From IMG/VR virus record IMGVR_UViG_3300044261_000004, positions 1-29,261 of that record: a DNA stretch of 29,261 nt; one strand, written 5' to 3'. The stretch comes from a virus (Duplodnaviria; Caudoviricetes). How positions within the stretch are numbered: the first letter of the stretch is position 1; each line of letters opens with the position of its first letter. The position numbers were made by a program, and so were the translations under genes. Positions 5,910 to 14,910 of the stretch are shown piece by piece. The notes beneath the pieces were generated by a model. It did not search any database. It saw only the letters and a program-made list of their open reading frames with translations, and was not told where the DNA came from.

Positions 5910-6593
5910 ATGATAATTACATTTGATATTGAGACGCTCCAAATCACAAACGATGAGGTAATTGATCAATTGCGGTCAACGATCAAGCCGCCACAAACAC
6001 ACAAGAAGCCGGAGACAATAGCCGCATGGATGGCTGAAAATCAAGAATCAGCACTCGCTGATATGATCGCTAAAACTGGACTAGATGGTCTATACGGATC
6101 AGTAGCTTGTATTTCATGGCAAGTTGATGACGGCGAAATACAATCAACTCTGGATTCAGATACTGAGACTATCGCAATCCTGCGATTTTATGACGCAATC
6201 CGCCAAGCTGTAAAAGTTGAATGTCACGGCGGAAGCGCATCACAACAGGTGCAATTTTGCGGCCAAAATATCCTAGGTTTTGACCTCCCATTTTTGAAGC
6301 ATCGCAGTATGATTTTGGGCATTAAGCCTCCTCCCGACATTCTCAAAGCAATGAGCGCGAAGCCTTGGGATAATTGCATTGCTGATACTATGCTTATGTG
6401 GTCTACAGATAGCCAAAAACGCACAAGCATGGATAAGCTATGCAGAGCGTTTGGGATTGAAGGCAAGGGCGATTTTGACGGTTCTATGGTCAACGATGAA
6501 TGGGTTAATGGCGATAGACAAAAGGTAATCACCTATTGCGAAGATGATGTTCGCCGTACCCGTGAAATTTACAAACGGATGATGTGGCTATGA
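5910..6593 (+). CDS. DEDDy 3'-5' exonuclease (PolB exonuclease-like)
   Basis: ExoI FDIET, ExoII GQNILGFDLPFL, ExoIII YCEDDV. Confidence 0.88.
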   Translation: MIITFDIETLQITNDEVIDQLRSTIKPPQTHKKPETIAAWMAENQESALADMIAKTGLDGLYGSVACISWQVDDGEIQSTLDSDTETIAILRFYDAIRQAVKVECHGGSASQQVQFCGQNILGFDLPFLKHRSMILGIKPPPDILKAMSAKPWDNCIADTMLMWSTDSQKRTSMDKLCRAFGIEGKGDFDGSMVNDEWVNGDRQKVITYCEDDVRRTREIYKRMMWL

Positions 6594-6988
6594 TAGTCGT
6601 CGAAGTAATATCAGGTTGTGCATCCGACAAGCTCATCAAGTACGTTCAGACTAAGCCTGTTGGATGGCGTTTTACAGGGCTGGATTTGCCGGACTTCACG
6701 GCGGTGCAATTCAGCAATGCTTGCGACTTCCTTGCGCGCAAAAAGGTACTCAAAAAGCTGAAAGAGAGAAGAAAAGCAATGAATCGTGCCGGAACGCAGC
6801 CAGCATCGTTTGTTGTGATGGAAGTAATCAGCGAGGTATCGGTTAAAGCAAAGCCTCCGAAATTCACGCCAAAGCGCGAAAGTAAGCCGAAGAGTATTCC
6901 CGGAGTAAATCCTCTTTGGGATATTTGGGCGGCTCCGAAGCCTGTAGTTTTGGGGCGCGGCGCAATTGTTCATACTCAAGCGATGTAG
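6590..6988 (+). CDS. Basic hypothetical protein, possibly DNA-binding
   Basis: ATGA coupling with the exonuclease stop; Lys/Arg-rich. Confidence 0.65.
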   Translation: MIVVEVISGCASDKLIKYVQTKPVGWRFTGLDLPDFTAVQFSNACDFLARKKVLKKLKERRKAMNRAGTQPASFVVMEVISEVSVKAKPPKFTPKRESKPKSIPGVNPLWDIWAAPKPVVLGRGAIVHTQAM

Positions 6989-7061
6989 TATTGAAATTAC
7001 TTATTATTGAATTGGTGCGATGCTGGTTTAGGATTCGCACATCAACAAACGGGAGATAAAA

Positions 7062-7310
7062 ATGGCTGAGACAATTCAGGAAAAGACAGTTCGGTTGGCG
7101 AATGCGCATCTGCTCAGAGACGGCGAGGTTGCGCCTGCTGTTGATGAATGTATAGATGACCCAGACTTTAAGCTCTATTGTAAATTTGTCGCAATCGTTC
7201 AAGCCGAAGCGCTGGAAGAGGCCGCAACGCTTCATTCGTTTGGCGAAGGGGTAGTAGACAAGGGAGACCTGCTAAATATGGCGCGTGACCTTCGGGAGAG
7301 TGTGAAATGA
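7062..7310 (+). CDS. Hypothetical protein
   Basis: GGGAG RBS; ALEEAA motif typical of small phage early proteins. Confidence 0.7.
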   Translation: MAETIQEKTVRLANAHLLRDGEVAPAVDECIDDPDFKLYCKFVAIVQAEALEEAATLHSFGEGVVDKGDLLNMARDLRESVK

Positions 7311-7387
7311 GCTTATTCAATATCTCGGTACTGTATTTCATCGCAACAGAGATTCATCCGGCTGTTATTGCATGGTGCTCGTTATGA
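7307..7387 (+). CDS. Possible 26-aa hydrophobic peptide
   Basis: ATGA-coupled at both ends; MSLFNISVLYFIATEIHPAVIAWCSL. Confidence 0.4.
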   Translation: MSLFNISVLYFIATEIHPAVIAWCSL

Positions 7388-7512
7388 CACGGAGCGAAAT
7401 ATGGCTTGCTGCGCTGCTTGAGTTTTTAGCGAAGTATTGCTCAGTTAGCTGGGCTGGCGCATTGGCGGCTGTTTGTGGTTTGGAGTTTTTGATTGGGTGG
7501 AATAATGGATAA
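7384..7512 (+). CDS. Small membrane protein (42 aa)
   Basis: MTRSEIWLAALLEFLAKYCSVSWAGALAAVCGLEFLIGWNNG; ATGA coupling. Confidence 0.5.
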   Translation: MTRSEIWLAALLEFLAKYCSVSWAGALAAVCGLEFLIGWNNG

Positions 7513-7651
7513 AGAACTAGCGTTGCGAATCATCAAATTGCTATCGGCACTTGAAGCTGCGGGGATGATGGCGGATAAAAAACTTCCTGATTATCTATAC
7601 GAGGAGATTGGGGGGGGTGTTGATGATCTTACCACGGAGGTTTTTAAATGA
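7505..7651 (+). CDS. Small hypothetical protein (48 aa)
   Basis: MDKELALRIIKLLSALEAAG...; ATGA overlap with the next gene. Confidence 0.65.
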   Translation: MDKELALRIIKLLSALEAAGMMADKKLPDYLYEEIGGGVDDLTTEVFK

Positions 7652-8265
7652 ACAGTTTAGACAAGATGGAAGACTACGACAGACTTGCATTGCAGCTTGC
7701 GAAGCTACAAGACCAACTCGCAGCAGCGAGTAATTCCGCAATCAGCGAAAGCAACGCGAGAGGCGAGGAAGAAATGCGCCACCGTAGCACACAAGCTAAG
7801 TTGGATGAGGCACTAGCGCGCATCAAGGCTAGTCAGGAGCAAGAGCCTCATGGATGGTGGAATCAAAGTGAATGCTCAGACGAATGCGATTACTTTCCAA
7901 AGTCCGACTTCCCGAACTATGCGCCAAATGGCGATAGTTTTGCGCTGTATCGCACACCAATAATCTCCCGCGAACCTGAACTATTGGCGGAGATAGAAAA
8001 GCTGCAAGCTCAGGTGGAGATGTTGCGACACTACGCAGCATGGGCTAACGGACTGATTGAAAACTGGACAGATTCTGAACGTGATTATTCGGAATCAATT
8101 CTTTCTCAATCATCGTCTGACTGGATTGAAGCGCACGATCAGCAAGTGCGGGATGAGGCTTATGAGAAGGCGGCACGATTAGCGTACCAGTTCGATGTTG
8201 ACAATATGGAATTTCCTCAGCATGGAATAAGCATGGCAATCCGCAAACTGAAAGGAGCGAAATAA
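7648..8265 (+). CDS. Hypothetical coiled-coil mosaic protein
   Basis: GGAGG RBS; coiled-coil segments, QEP.GW...ALY module and a YEKAA...IRKLK C-terminus typical of modular phage early genes. Confidence 0.75.
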   Translation: MNSLDKMEDYDRLALQLAKLQDQLAAASNSAISESNARGEEEMRHRSTQAKLDEALARIKASQEQEPHGWWNQSECSDECDYFPKSDFPNYAPNGDSFALYRTPIISREPELLAEIEKLQAQVEMLRHYAAWANGLIENWTDSERDYSESILSQSSSDWIEAHDQQVRDEAYEKAARLAYQFDVDNMEFPQHGISMAIRKLKGAK

Positions 8266-8453
8266 TGTCCGATATTGAACTATGCCAAAATCATAACTGC
8301 CCTAGCGCACAATCCTGCAACCGATACACGGCAGAACCTAACAGCTTCCGCAAATACTGTCGTGACGGTACTCCTAGCGAAGATGGGAAATGTGAAAGCT
8401 ATCTATTCAACGGAATTAAGCAGGTGAAAAATCCGGTGGGGATGGTTGATTGA
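8265..8453 (+). CDS. Small four-Cys protein (paralog 1)
   Basis: CQNHNCPSAQSCNRY...GKCESY; AAGGAG RBS. Confidence 0.75.
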   Translation: MSDIELCQNHNCPSAQSCNRYTAEPNSFRKYCRDGTPSEDGKCESYLFNGIKQVKNPVGMVD

Positions 8454-8650
8454 GCCTGCCGTGCCTAAATATTGACTGCCCAAGCCATCTACAATGCGGC
8501 AGATATTCACCGACTACAAAGCTGGACGGTGAGTACGAGCCAAGGCTTAATCAGGGTCGGTGCGACTTTTTCATAGACTTAAACGCCAACTTAAAGCGCG
8601 ATAAGTTACTTCCTCCGCATACCCCACACCGTCTAGAATATACTGGATAG
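8450..8650 (+). CDS. Small four-Cys protein (paralog 2)
   Basis: CLNIDCPSHLQCGRY...GRCDFF; TTGA overlap. Confidence 0.7.
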   Translation: MSLPCLNIDCPSHLQCGRYSPTTKLDGEYEPRLNQGRCDFFIDLNANLKRDKLLPPHTPHRLEYTG

Positions 8651-8666
8651 CCACACCAGCGGCAGA

Positions 8667-9161
8667 CTATAGAGCTTTGACGTACTCTATTAGTTTGTTG
8701 CATTGGTGTAAATCCATTATTGATTCGGTGTAATAGTCAGCCAGTGATTTAGTTCCTGCTGCGAACGTAGCGGCTTCAACAGTTCCGGGGGGATTTGTGG
8801 CTTTAGAATCACTGGCGGAGGTGTGTGCATCCACTGGCAAGGCAATCTTTCCGTTCCCGCATAGCACAGGCTTAAAGTTTCGCAGCCTTGCAGTAAGAAT
8901 CCCAATATCACGATCATAAGCAGCTTTAGCATTCGCATTTTTTAGTTCCTGTTGACGGTTGAATTTATCAATATCGGCCTGTTGCTTTAATCTCTGTTGC
9001 TCGATGTTCGATTGATACGCATCGAACTTCCCCTGAACTTCCGCTACACCTTTCAGATACCCGTCATGATGCCACCACCATGCGCCATACACCGCCAGTG
9101 AAACAACGATTGCACCGACGAGTAAATTGGCGTATTGCTTAATAAGTTCTAATGTATTCAT
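8667..9161 (-). CDS. Rz: i-spanin (Rz-like)
   Basis: N-terminal TM helix followed by coiled coil; last gene of the lysis cassette; contains an embedded lipoprotein ORF. Confidence 0.8.
   Translation of the reverse strand: MNTLELIKQYANLLVGAIVVSLAVYGAWWWHHDGYLKGVAEVQGKFDAYQSNIEQQRLKQQADIDKFNRQQELKNANAKAAYDRDIGILTARLRNFKPVLCGNGKIALPVDAHTSASDSKATNPPGTVEAATFAAGTKSLADYYTESIMDLHQCNKLIEYVKAL
8717..8938 (-). CDS. Rz1: o-spanin (Rz1-like lipoprotein) embedded in Rz
   Basis: Signal peptide MRMLKLLMIVILGFLLQG-C with lipobox; Pro-rich mature part; alternative frame within Rz. Confidence 0.8.
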   Translation of the reverse strand: MRMLKLLMIVILGFLLQGCETLSLCYAGTERLPCQWMHTPPPVILKPQIPPELLKPLRSQQELNHWLTITPNQ

Positions 9162-9367
9162 TTTGCATCTGTTGCGGATTTAAGCGCAAAAGCCCCAATT
9201 AATGCCGCGAGGCCAATTGCGAAACCCTGAAAGTCAACCGAGCTAACACGGATGAACTGAGCTATCATTGAAAAACCGCCAAAAAACCCAATTAGTTTAG
9301 ACATTGAAAATGTCGAATTGTCTGCGCTCGTAAAAATGTTTATTAGAAAGTTTTTCATATTTTTCAT
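9158..9367 (-). CDS. Two-TM holin-like membrane protein
   Basis: 69 aa with two hydrophobic helices, between endolysin and spanin. Confidence 0.6.
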   Translation of the reverse strand: MKNMKNFLINIFTSADNSTFSMSKLIGFFGGFSMIAQFIRVSSVDFQGFAIGLAALIGAFALKSATDAK

Positions 9368-9787
9368 TTAAGGAATAAAGAATCGTCTGCCGCTTGCTGG
9401 AGATTTTGTGCTTATGTGGCACCATCCTATAGTAAATTTTGACGCTTCAAAATACATTCCGTTATCTTGGATGAACTTTAAATTTTTAGGATCATTTGCC
9501 CACTTATCATAAGCGCCAGTAGGGTCGTAAATATCACACGCCATGCCGAGCTTATGCGCAGACATTGGAGCACCAATAGTGCAAGATTGCGGCCTAAACC
9601 CACCGTTTAACTCTCCGCCTACTTGACTCTTGGTTGCAGGGTTAATCATTGGTATAACCCCGTCCTTTTGTGCAGCTTGAATGAACTTATTAACCGTGGT
9701 TAATAGTTTGTCAATATTTGCCAAAATGACGGGGGTAAGATCGGAACACTTATTATATGTTCCGATGTATTCAGCCTTTGAGATCAT
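9368..9787 (-). CDS. Endolysin, peptidase M15 family
   Basis: GGFRP...SAHKLGMACDI...WCHIS gives the H-x6-D ... H zinc ligands of M15 peptidases. Confidence 0.85.
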   Translation of the reverse strand: MISKAEYIGTYNKCSDLTPVILANIDKLLTTVNKFIQAAQKDGVIPMINPATKSQVGGELNGGFRPQSCTIGAPMSAHKLGMACDIYDPTGAYDKWANDPKNLKFIQDNGMYFEASKFTIGWCHISTKSPASGRRFFIP

Positions 9788-9817
9788 TTCTTCTTTACGG
9801 GCGGCATGGACGGTTTC

Positions 9818-10219
9818 TTACCGCTCATTGGGGTCTTTGGCATTGCTGGACATTTCGCCATTTTCGATACTCCTTTTAATAAATTGATTTAAGGCTGAAC
9901 TAGCCGCATTTTCCACAATGAACAAGGCTCTTGTTCCCATGTGGCCTGAAATAGCTGTAACCGCTCCGGTTGCAGCCCATCCAAGTCCTGCGGCATCGCA
10001 TACTAAGAAAGCAACGATGCCGACGAATCCGCTTGTTATTACTTCAATTATTAGCCTAATTATACTGAAAGCTATTCCTGATCTGTCAATTCTATGTAGA
10101 TAATTAACAATCCCACCGATACAAGATAACCCGACGGCTAAACAGAATGGAAGTATTTGAGTTATCCATTCTTGATTAGCAGCGACATTTTGGAGTTCTT
10201 TTTCTGGCATCTTTATCAT
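9818..10219 (-). CDS. Holin (LydA-like)
   Basis: Three hydrophobic segments, IGGIVNYL...SGFVGIV...AISGHMGTRAL; upstream of the endolysin. Confidence 0.78.
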   Translation of the reverse strand: MIKMPEKELQNVAANQEWITQILPFCLAVGLSCIGGIVNYLHRIDRSGIAFSIIRLIIEVITSGFVGIVAFLVCDAAGLGWAATGAVTAISGHMGTRALFIVENAASSALNQFIKRSIENGEMSSNAKDPNER

Positions 10220-10311
10220 TTATCTAAAATTATTGGTTTTCTCATGCGGTATTAAAATATTCCCATGGTTAATAAAGTTAGAGTGTAGGAAAGGAATATT
10301 AATTGCAGCAG

Positions 10312-10596
10312 TCATACCAAAGTTGCCCGCAATACGGAAATTTGCGCATCAACGCCCGTAAGCCATGTCTTCCCAGCGAGTGTTAGCAACGCATCGCGAT
10401 GTCTGCGCGGTGTAATACTGCCTTCAAGTGTGGCGATCTGCGAAAGTATTGCCGCGTTGGGCGAAATTGGGTCGGCAGGCAATGGAACACCACCCGCCGC
10501 CATCCACGATATATAGTCTGGGTGAGAAACAGAATATGCGCGCCCGTCAGAGCCATGGACTATGGATACATCGTTAGTTAATTTAAAATTAATCAT
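10312..10596 (-). CDS. Tail-fibre-associated small protein (assembly chaperone-like)
   Basis: Start moved to ATG 10596 (ATGA overlap with the fibre stop); DY..W.A.GG.P.PADP motif. Confidence 0.6.
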   Translation of the reverse strand: MINFKLTNDVSIVHGSDGRAYSVSHPDYISWMAAGGVPLPADPISPNAAILSQIATLEGSITPRRHRDALLTLAGKTWLTGVDAQISVLRATLV

Positions 10597-11489
10597 AATA
10601 ATGGATATGTTACGCATTGGTTATAAACAGCCTTGGCACCGGAATTAGTCCAAGAGTTTTGGGTGAATAAAGTTTTTTCCAAAATGATCGTGCTTGTGGA
10701 AAGATGCCCCGTAATATTGCTAACAGTAGCGCCATTGTCCGTACATTGGATAAGTGGGAAACGGGGCGCAATCGTTGATTGGCACGCAGCGGGTAAACCT
10801 GTCAATGTAAAATACAACTGATTTGATGTTCCGCTAAGTGTTGGAATTGTCAGGTGACATATGCCATTAATAATCCGGTATGATGCCGTCCCCGTTTGTT
10901 CTGGGTTCATCCCCAACGTGGTCATCGTAAAAGTTCCTGACGCCGCATCAGTTGACGTAATATCAGCGTGCCAAGTACCCGCAGCGGTACCAATTGCCGT
11001 GCATGTAACCAGTACGTTTGTCATCGCAGGGACTGTTACTATAGCGCCGCCGCCATTTGCTTGAACAGATACCGCCCCCGTTGAGTTGTTGCAGATTTGA
11101 AATGCTCGCCCTACCTCCAACGTTGTTGCGTTTGGTAAAACACAAGTCTGGGTGGTAATTCCGGTAAAGAATTGACTATATGTAGACAGGGATGTGAGAG
11201 TTGTTGTTCCCGCAGCCGTTGCGGTTGTCGAATATCCAGCAATATTCCTAAGTTGCTCATATCGTACAGACTCTCCATCAGCCGCCCCCGCGCCCAATCC
11301 TGTATGCTTGAACCCCCCCATTGGGATATTTGCAACGGCTGGGCTTTGCCCATCTCTGGTAATACAATCGGATAGAGCAATAGAAATTTCCGACATCGTA
11401 TTGTTATGAACTGTGGGGTCAATTGCAGTTCCAGCCACTACCGGGTTCCCCGCTGGTAGATTGAAAGTTCCGCTTCCATTAAATGCCAT
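10593..11489 (-). CDS. Tail fibre / receptor-binding protein
   Basis: N-terminal MAFNGSGTFNLPAGNPVV...CITRDGQS...NIPMGGFKHTGLG anchor, Thr/Gly-rich beta body; follows the ejection genes; GGAGG RBS. Confidence 0.8.
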   Translation of the reverse strand: MAFNGSGTFNLPAGNPVVAGTAIDPTVHNNTMSEISIALSDCITRDGQSPAVANIPMGGFKHTGLGAGAADGESVRYEQLRNIAGYSTTATAAGTTTLTSLSTYSQFFTGITTQTCVLPNATTLEVGRAFQICNNSTGAVSVQANGGGAIVTVPAMTNVLVTCTAIGTAAGTWHADITSTDAASGTFTMTTLGMNPEQTGTASYRIINGICHLTIPTLSGTSNQLYFTLTGLPAACQSTIAPRFPLIQCTDNGATVSNITGHLSTSTIILEKTLFTQNSWTNSGAKAVYNQCVTYPLL

Positions 11490-11554
11490 ATATCCTCCGG
11501 TATTGCTATAATTCTACAATGATTAATTATCTATTCGTTTGCTATTTTGTGGCG

Positions 11555-13630
11555 TTAATTGGCGAGTTCAGCAGAACCCGCCGCACCAATTCCGCCCATA
11601 ATCTTAGCAAGCAATTTCCTCTGGCTTTCAGAGAGTTCAAGTTTGGAAAGTGGAATTTCGGCTTTCAGCGCAGCAATAGCAGCCATTTGATTTTTTACTG
11701 CGCTAGTTGCAGCCTTAGCAGCACCAACAGCCGCGCCCTTTAGGGGAATAAATTCAGCCGCTTTCCCTGCTATCTGACCAGACGGAGAGGCCATTAATTG
11801 AGCAACCAGAGTATTGGAAGTATTTACTGGCGCGGCATTTGGATGCTTTGCAATGTAAGCAGCAACTCTTGAAGCTGTTTGATACTTCGCTATCTCTTCC
11901 GGCGTAAAGAATGCAGACATTTTTTCTGTGCCCAATTCGCGCAACTTCTTTGCGAGTCTATCCGGCGAAATCGCGCCGCCAATATCTGCATTTTCACCAA
12001 ATGCCGATCGCTTTATATCGTCCGCTAATTGCGATTTAGCCTGATTGAACGCATCCGGCGATTCGTTCTTAAGCAATTCAGCAAGGCGCTTTACATTATT
12101 TGCGTTCTTGTCATTAATAATAAACTTTTTGGCAAAATCGCTTCCAACTTCGTTATTTTCAATAGCGTTCTTTAATGCGGGGATAGATTCCTGCAATTTA
12201 AAGTTTTCACGTGCGGCAGTTCTTGCAACATCAAAAGCATTTTTAGCTTCAACGCCTGCGGTGCTTTCTATTTGTGCATTATTTAAGGCATCGCGAACTA
12301 CGCCTATGGCCTTCTGTCCAGCGGCATCAGAACCTCTCTGCGCTTGAGACAATACCGAATCTACTTGAACTAGATTATTTACGTTTAACGGTATTTTGCC
12401 AGAGCTAATGTCATTCAATAGACCCCTAGCCTGTTCAGGCAAAAACCGTCCTAGCATTTGTTCGTCTAGCGCCGAATTGGCCGCGTCGCTAAATCCTTTA
12501 ACGTCAACATTTGCCGCCCTACCTTCTGAGCTTCTAGCTTGTGAGTAAAGATCGCCAATTGACGACTTTTGCTTATCCTGAAATCTTTTTAATGCAGACG
12601 CTAAATCATTAGACGCAATTCCGGCCTCGCTTGCATTTGCAGCAGGATTTCCGAATATTTCGTGAAGACTTCTATTTTGCTCATTTAAGCGATTCGCAAT
12701 ATCGCTATTCACTCCTCGTAAATTAAGCTCGTTTGCATACGCTGTCGGGTCTCTAGTTAGTTGAGCGGTGAGTGGATTAATACCAAGTGATTCAAAATCG
12801 CGCTTTCTAAGCAATGCCGCCGCATCTGTTACATTTCCCTGCTCAAATGCTTTTTTAGCCTCTTGAGAGATGAAATTAACAGTATCTGAAGGCAACTCGC
12901 TTGGATGAACTCCGATATCTGCCGCAACACTTTTTACGGCATCGTCAGTTGCACCAGCAAGAGCAGCGCCAGATTCTGCCGCTGTTGGCGTGGAAAACTT
13001 GCGAACGGCAGACGATACGGCCTTGCCAATTACCGGAGATAACGCCCCAAATGCGCCACCAGCTACAGCGCCAGTTTCTGCGTTATTTGGGTCTATTAAT
13101 GATGAGCTTGCCGCACCAGTTGCCGCACCGCCTCCAACTCGCAACGCGGCATTTCCCATCTTCCCCGCAATAGTTTCAGCAGGAGCGCCAACGTCAAACC
13201 CAGCTGTGCGAACGGCTTGCGCAAGACGCGGGGCTACCATTCCTAAAGGCTTAGCAATAGCCCCTCCAACACCAGCAGTTCCGGCAATTTCAGTTCCTAA
13301 CTCGCCTCCCTTAAATGCAAGCGACCCCGTATCTGCATTTTGCTTGAAGAATTGCTCAAGTTGGGCGCGTCTTTCTTCTGGTGTTTTACCTGTTAGACCA
13401 AGTTTATCCAGCGGAGATAGTAATGTTGCGCCAATGTTGGAAGCGCCAGACAAAGCGCCTAGTCCAATATCTGAAAGTGTCGAATGTTGCTCTGTAGGAT
13501 TAGCTTGCTGTTGCGGATTAAGCTTAGACATATCATAACCATTAGACTGTAATTTAGTCATGAGGTCGGATTTAGTCATTCCATCTGGAACGCCTTTAAT
13601 TATCGTGCCATCTGGTAAGCGAACGTCCAT
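11555..13630 (-). CDS. Large DNA-ejection / internal virion protein (P22 gp16 position)
   Basis: 691 aa, Ala/Gly-rich and helical; third of three consecutive such genes. Confidence 0.7.
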   Translation of the reverse strand: MDVRLPDGTIIKGVPDGMTKSDLMTKLQSNGYDMSKLNPQQQANPTEQHSTLSDIGLGALSGASNIGATLLSPLDKLGLTGKTPEERRAQLEQFFKQNADTGSLAFKGGELGTEIAGTAGVGGAIAKPLGMVAPRLAQAVRTAGFDVGAPAETIAGKMGNAALRVGGGAATGAASSSLIDPNNAETGAVAGGAFGALSPVIGKAVSSAVRKFSTPTAAESGAALAGATDDAVKSVAADIGVHPSELPSDTVNFISQEAKKAFEQGNVTDAAALLRKRDFESLGINPLTAQLTRDPTAYANELNLRGVNSDIANRLNEQNRSLHEIFGNPAANASEAGIASNDLASALKRFQDKQKSSIGDLYSQARSSEGRAANVDVKGFSDAANSALDEQMLGRFLPEQARGLLNDISSGKIPLNVNNLVQVDSVLSQAQRGSDAAGQKAIGVVRDALNNAQIESTAGVEAKNAFDVARTAARENFKLQESIPALKNAIENNEVGSDFAKKFIINDKNANNVKRLAELLKNESPDAFNQAKSQLADDIKRSAFGENADIGGAISPDRLAKKLRELGTEKMSAFFTPEEIAKYQTASRVAAYIAKHPNAAPVNTSNTLVAQLMASPSGQIAGKAAEFIPLKGAAVGAAKAATSAVKNQMAAIAALKAEIPLSKLELSESQRKLLAKIMGGIGAAGSAELAN

Positions 13631-14910
13631 TATTTCAAACTCCCGAAGTCAATAACTCCGCTAGGTTGTGGAGCGGAAGAATTATTGATTGCAGCAGATA
13701 CTGCGGAATTACCATATCCAAGCTGGCGATTATTAATTTCCCGAATCATCTTAATTGCGGCCTGCTTGTTTGCCCATGGTACGTTAGGGTCGGCAATGTT
13801 ACCCGCTGCGGCTTTGTACATGGCGACATCTTTGTCAGATTGAGGGCCAGACATTTTAGGGACTTTTGCGGTTAGTGATGCGCCTAGAACACCTAGCTGG
13901 CTTGCTCCCTGAGAGCCTTCCGTACTTACTCCAACCATTCTGCCTAGATAGTCTCTAGCTGAACCTATGCCGCTTCCGGTAGCTGTTGGCCCGACTTTTT
14001 CAACTTGGTCTAGCAGCGCATTGCTTTCTTTTGCGTCTGCAATGTGTTGGTTGGCATCAGAAGGCTTTCCAGTAGCCGAATTAATCCCAAGGTTACGAAC
14101 TTCTCCAGTCTTTGGATTAACCTGAACGAATCCATTGTCTGTTTTTTGAACCTGCCAGCTAGGAGCTTGATTTTGCATTTGCGCAATCTGCATTGCTTGC
14201 GCGAGCTGCTTATTCTGGAATTCCTTATTTTGATTAAATTCGGCTTTATGCTGCTCAACTTGAGATTGCTGCTGCTCTCTTGCTAGTTTCTTTTCATCCT
14301 CTGTCATGCCCATATTTCGTAGCTGAATAGCTAAAGCGGCCTGAGTAGGATCGAGTTGAGCCAAATTCATCAATGCTGAATTTTGAGCATCACGATTGGG
14401 CGGGATGAAAGTTGAACCTGCCTGTGATGGGGAAGAGATACTTTGTGCCGGAGATTGATTAACTGGCGCACCGCCTCCGCGCATTTGATTAAGCATTTCC
14501 GCATCGCTTGGCGCTGGCATTGTTTGCTGCGCAATAGATTGCTCGGAAGGCTGGAATTGCGGCTGACTGTATCCATTTGAAGCCCGACTGTAAGATCGCA
14601 AAGCATCTGCCGTTGCTTGCTGCCTTTGATTTGCAATATCTGAGATTGCAGATTTTTTGCCATCCCTTGCCTCTTCCAGTGCTTTTTCTGCTTTGTTCGA
14701 CTTGTAAGCGCCGATACCTTGTCGAACAATATCGGCCAAATAGCTCATATTTGAGGGGGGAACATAATGGCCTGATACCATCTGCCCTTGTTGTGATGCG
14801 CCTTGAGCTAGTAACTGCTGGGCTAGTTTTTGTTGCTGCTCAAGCCCTAGTATTTTCTGATTGTATTGCTCTTCGGTTTGTTTAACTTTCGCTCCGTAAT
14901 CAATAGACAT
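13630..14910 (-). CDS. DNA-ejection / internal virion protein (P22 gp20 position)
   Basis: Gln/Ala-rich coiled coil; GQMVSGHYVPP and GPQSDKD motifs; gene order. Confidence 0.7.
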   Translation of the reverse strand: MSIDYGAKVKQTEEQYNQKILGLEQQQKLAQQLLAQGASQQGQMVSGHYVPPSNMSYLADIVRQGIGAYKSNKAEKALEEARDGKKSAISDIANQRQQATADALRSYSRASNGYSQPQFQPSEQSIAQQTMPAPSDAEMLNQMRGGGAPVNQSPAQSISSPSQAGSTFIPPNRDAQNSALMNLAQLDPTQAALAIQLRNMGMTEDEKKLAREQQQSQVEQHKAEFNQNKEFQNKQLAQAMQIAQMQNQAPSWQVQKTDNGFVQVNPKTGEVRNLGINSATGKPSDANQHIADAKESNALLDQVEKVGPTATGSGIGSARDYLGRMVGVSTEGSQGASQLGVLGASLTAKVPKMSGPQSDKDVAMYKAAAGNIADPNVPWANKQAAIKMIREINNRQLGYGNSAVSAAINNSSAPQPSGVIDFGSLK

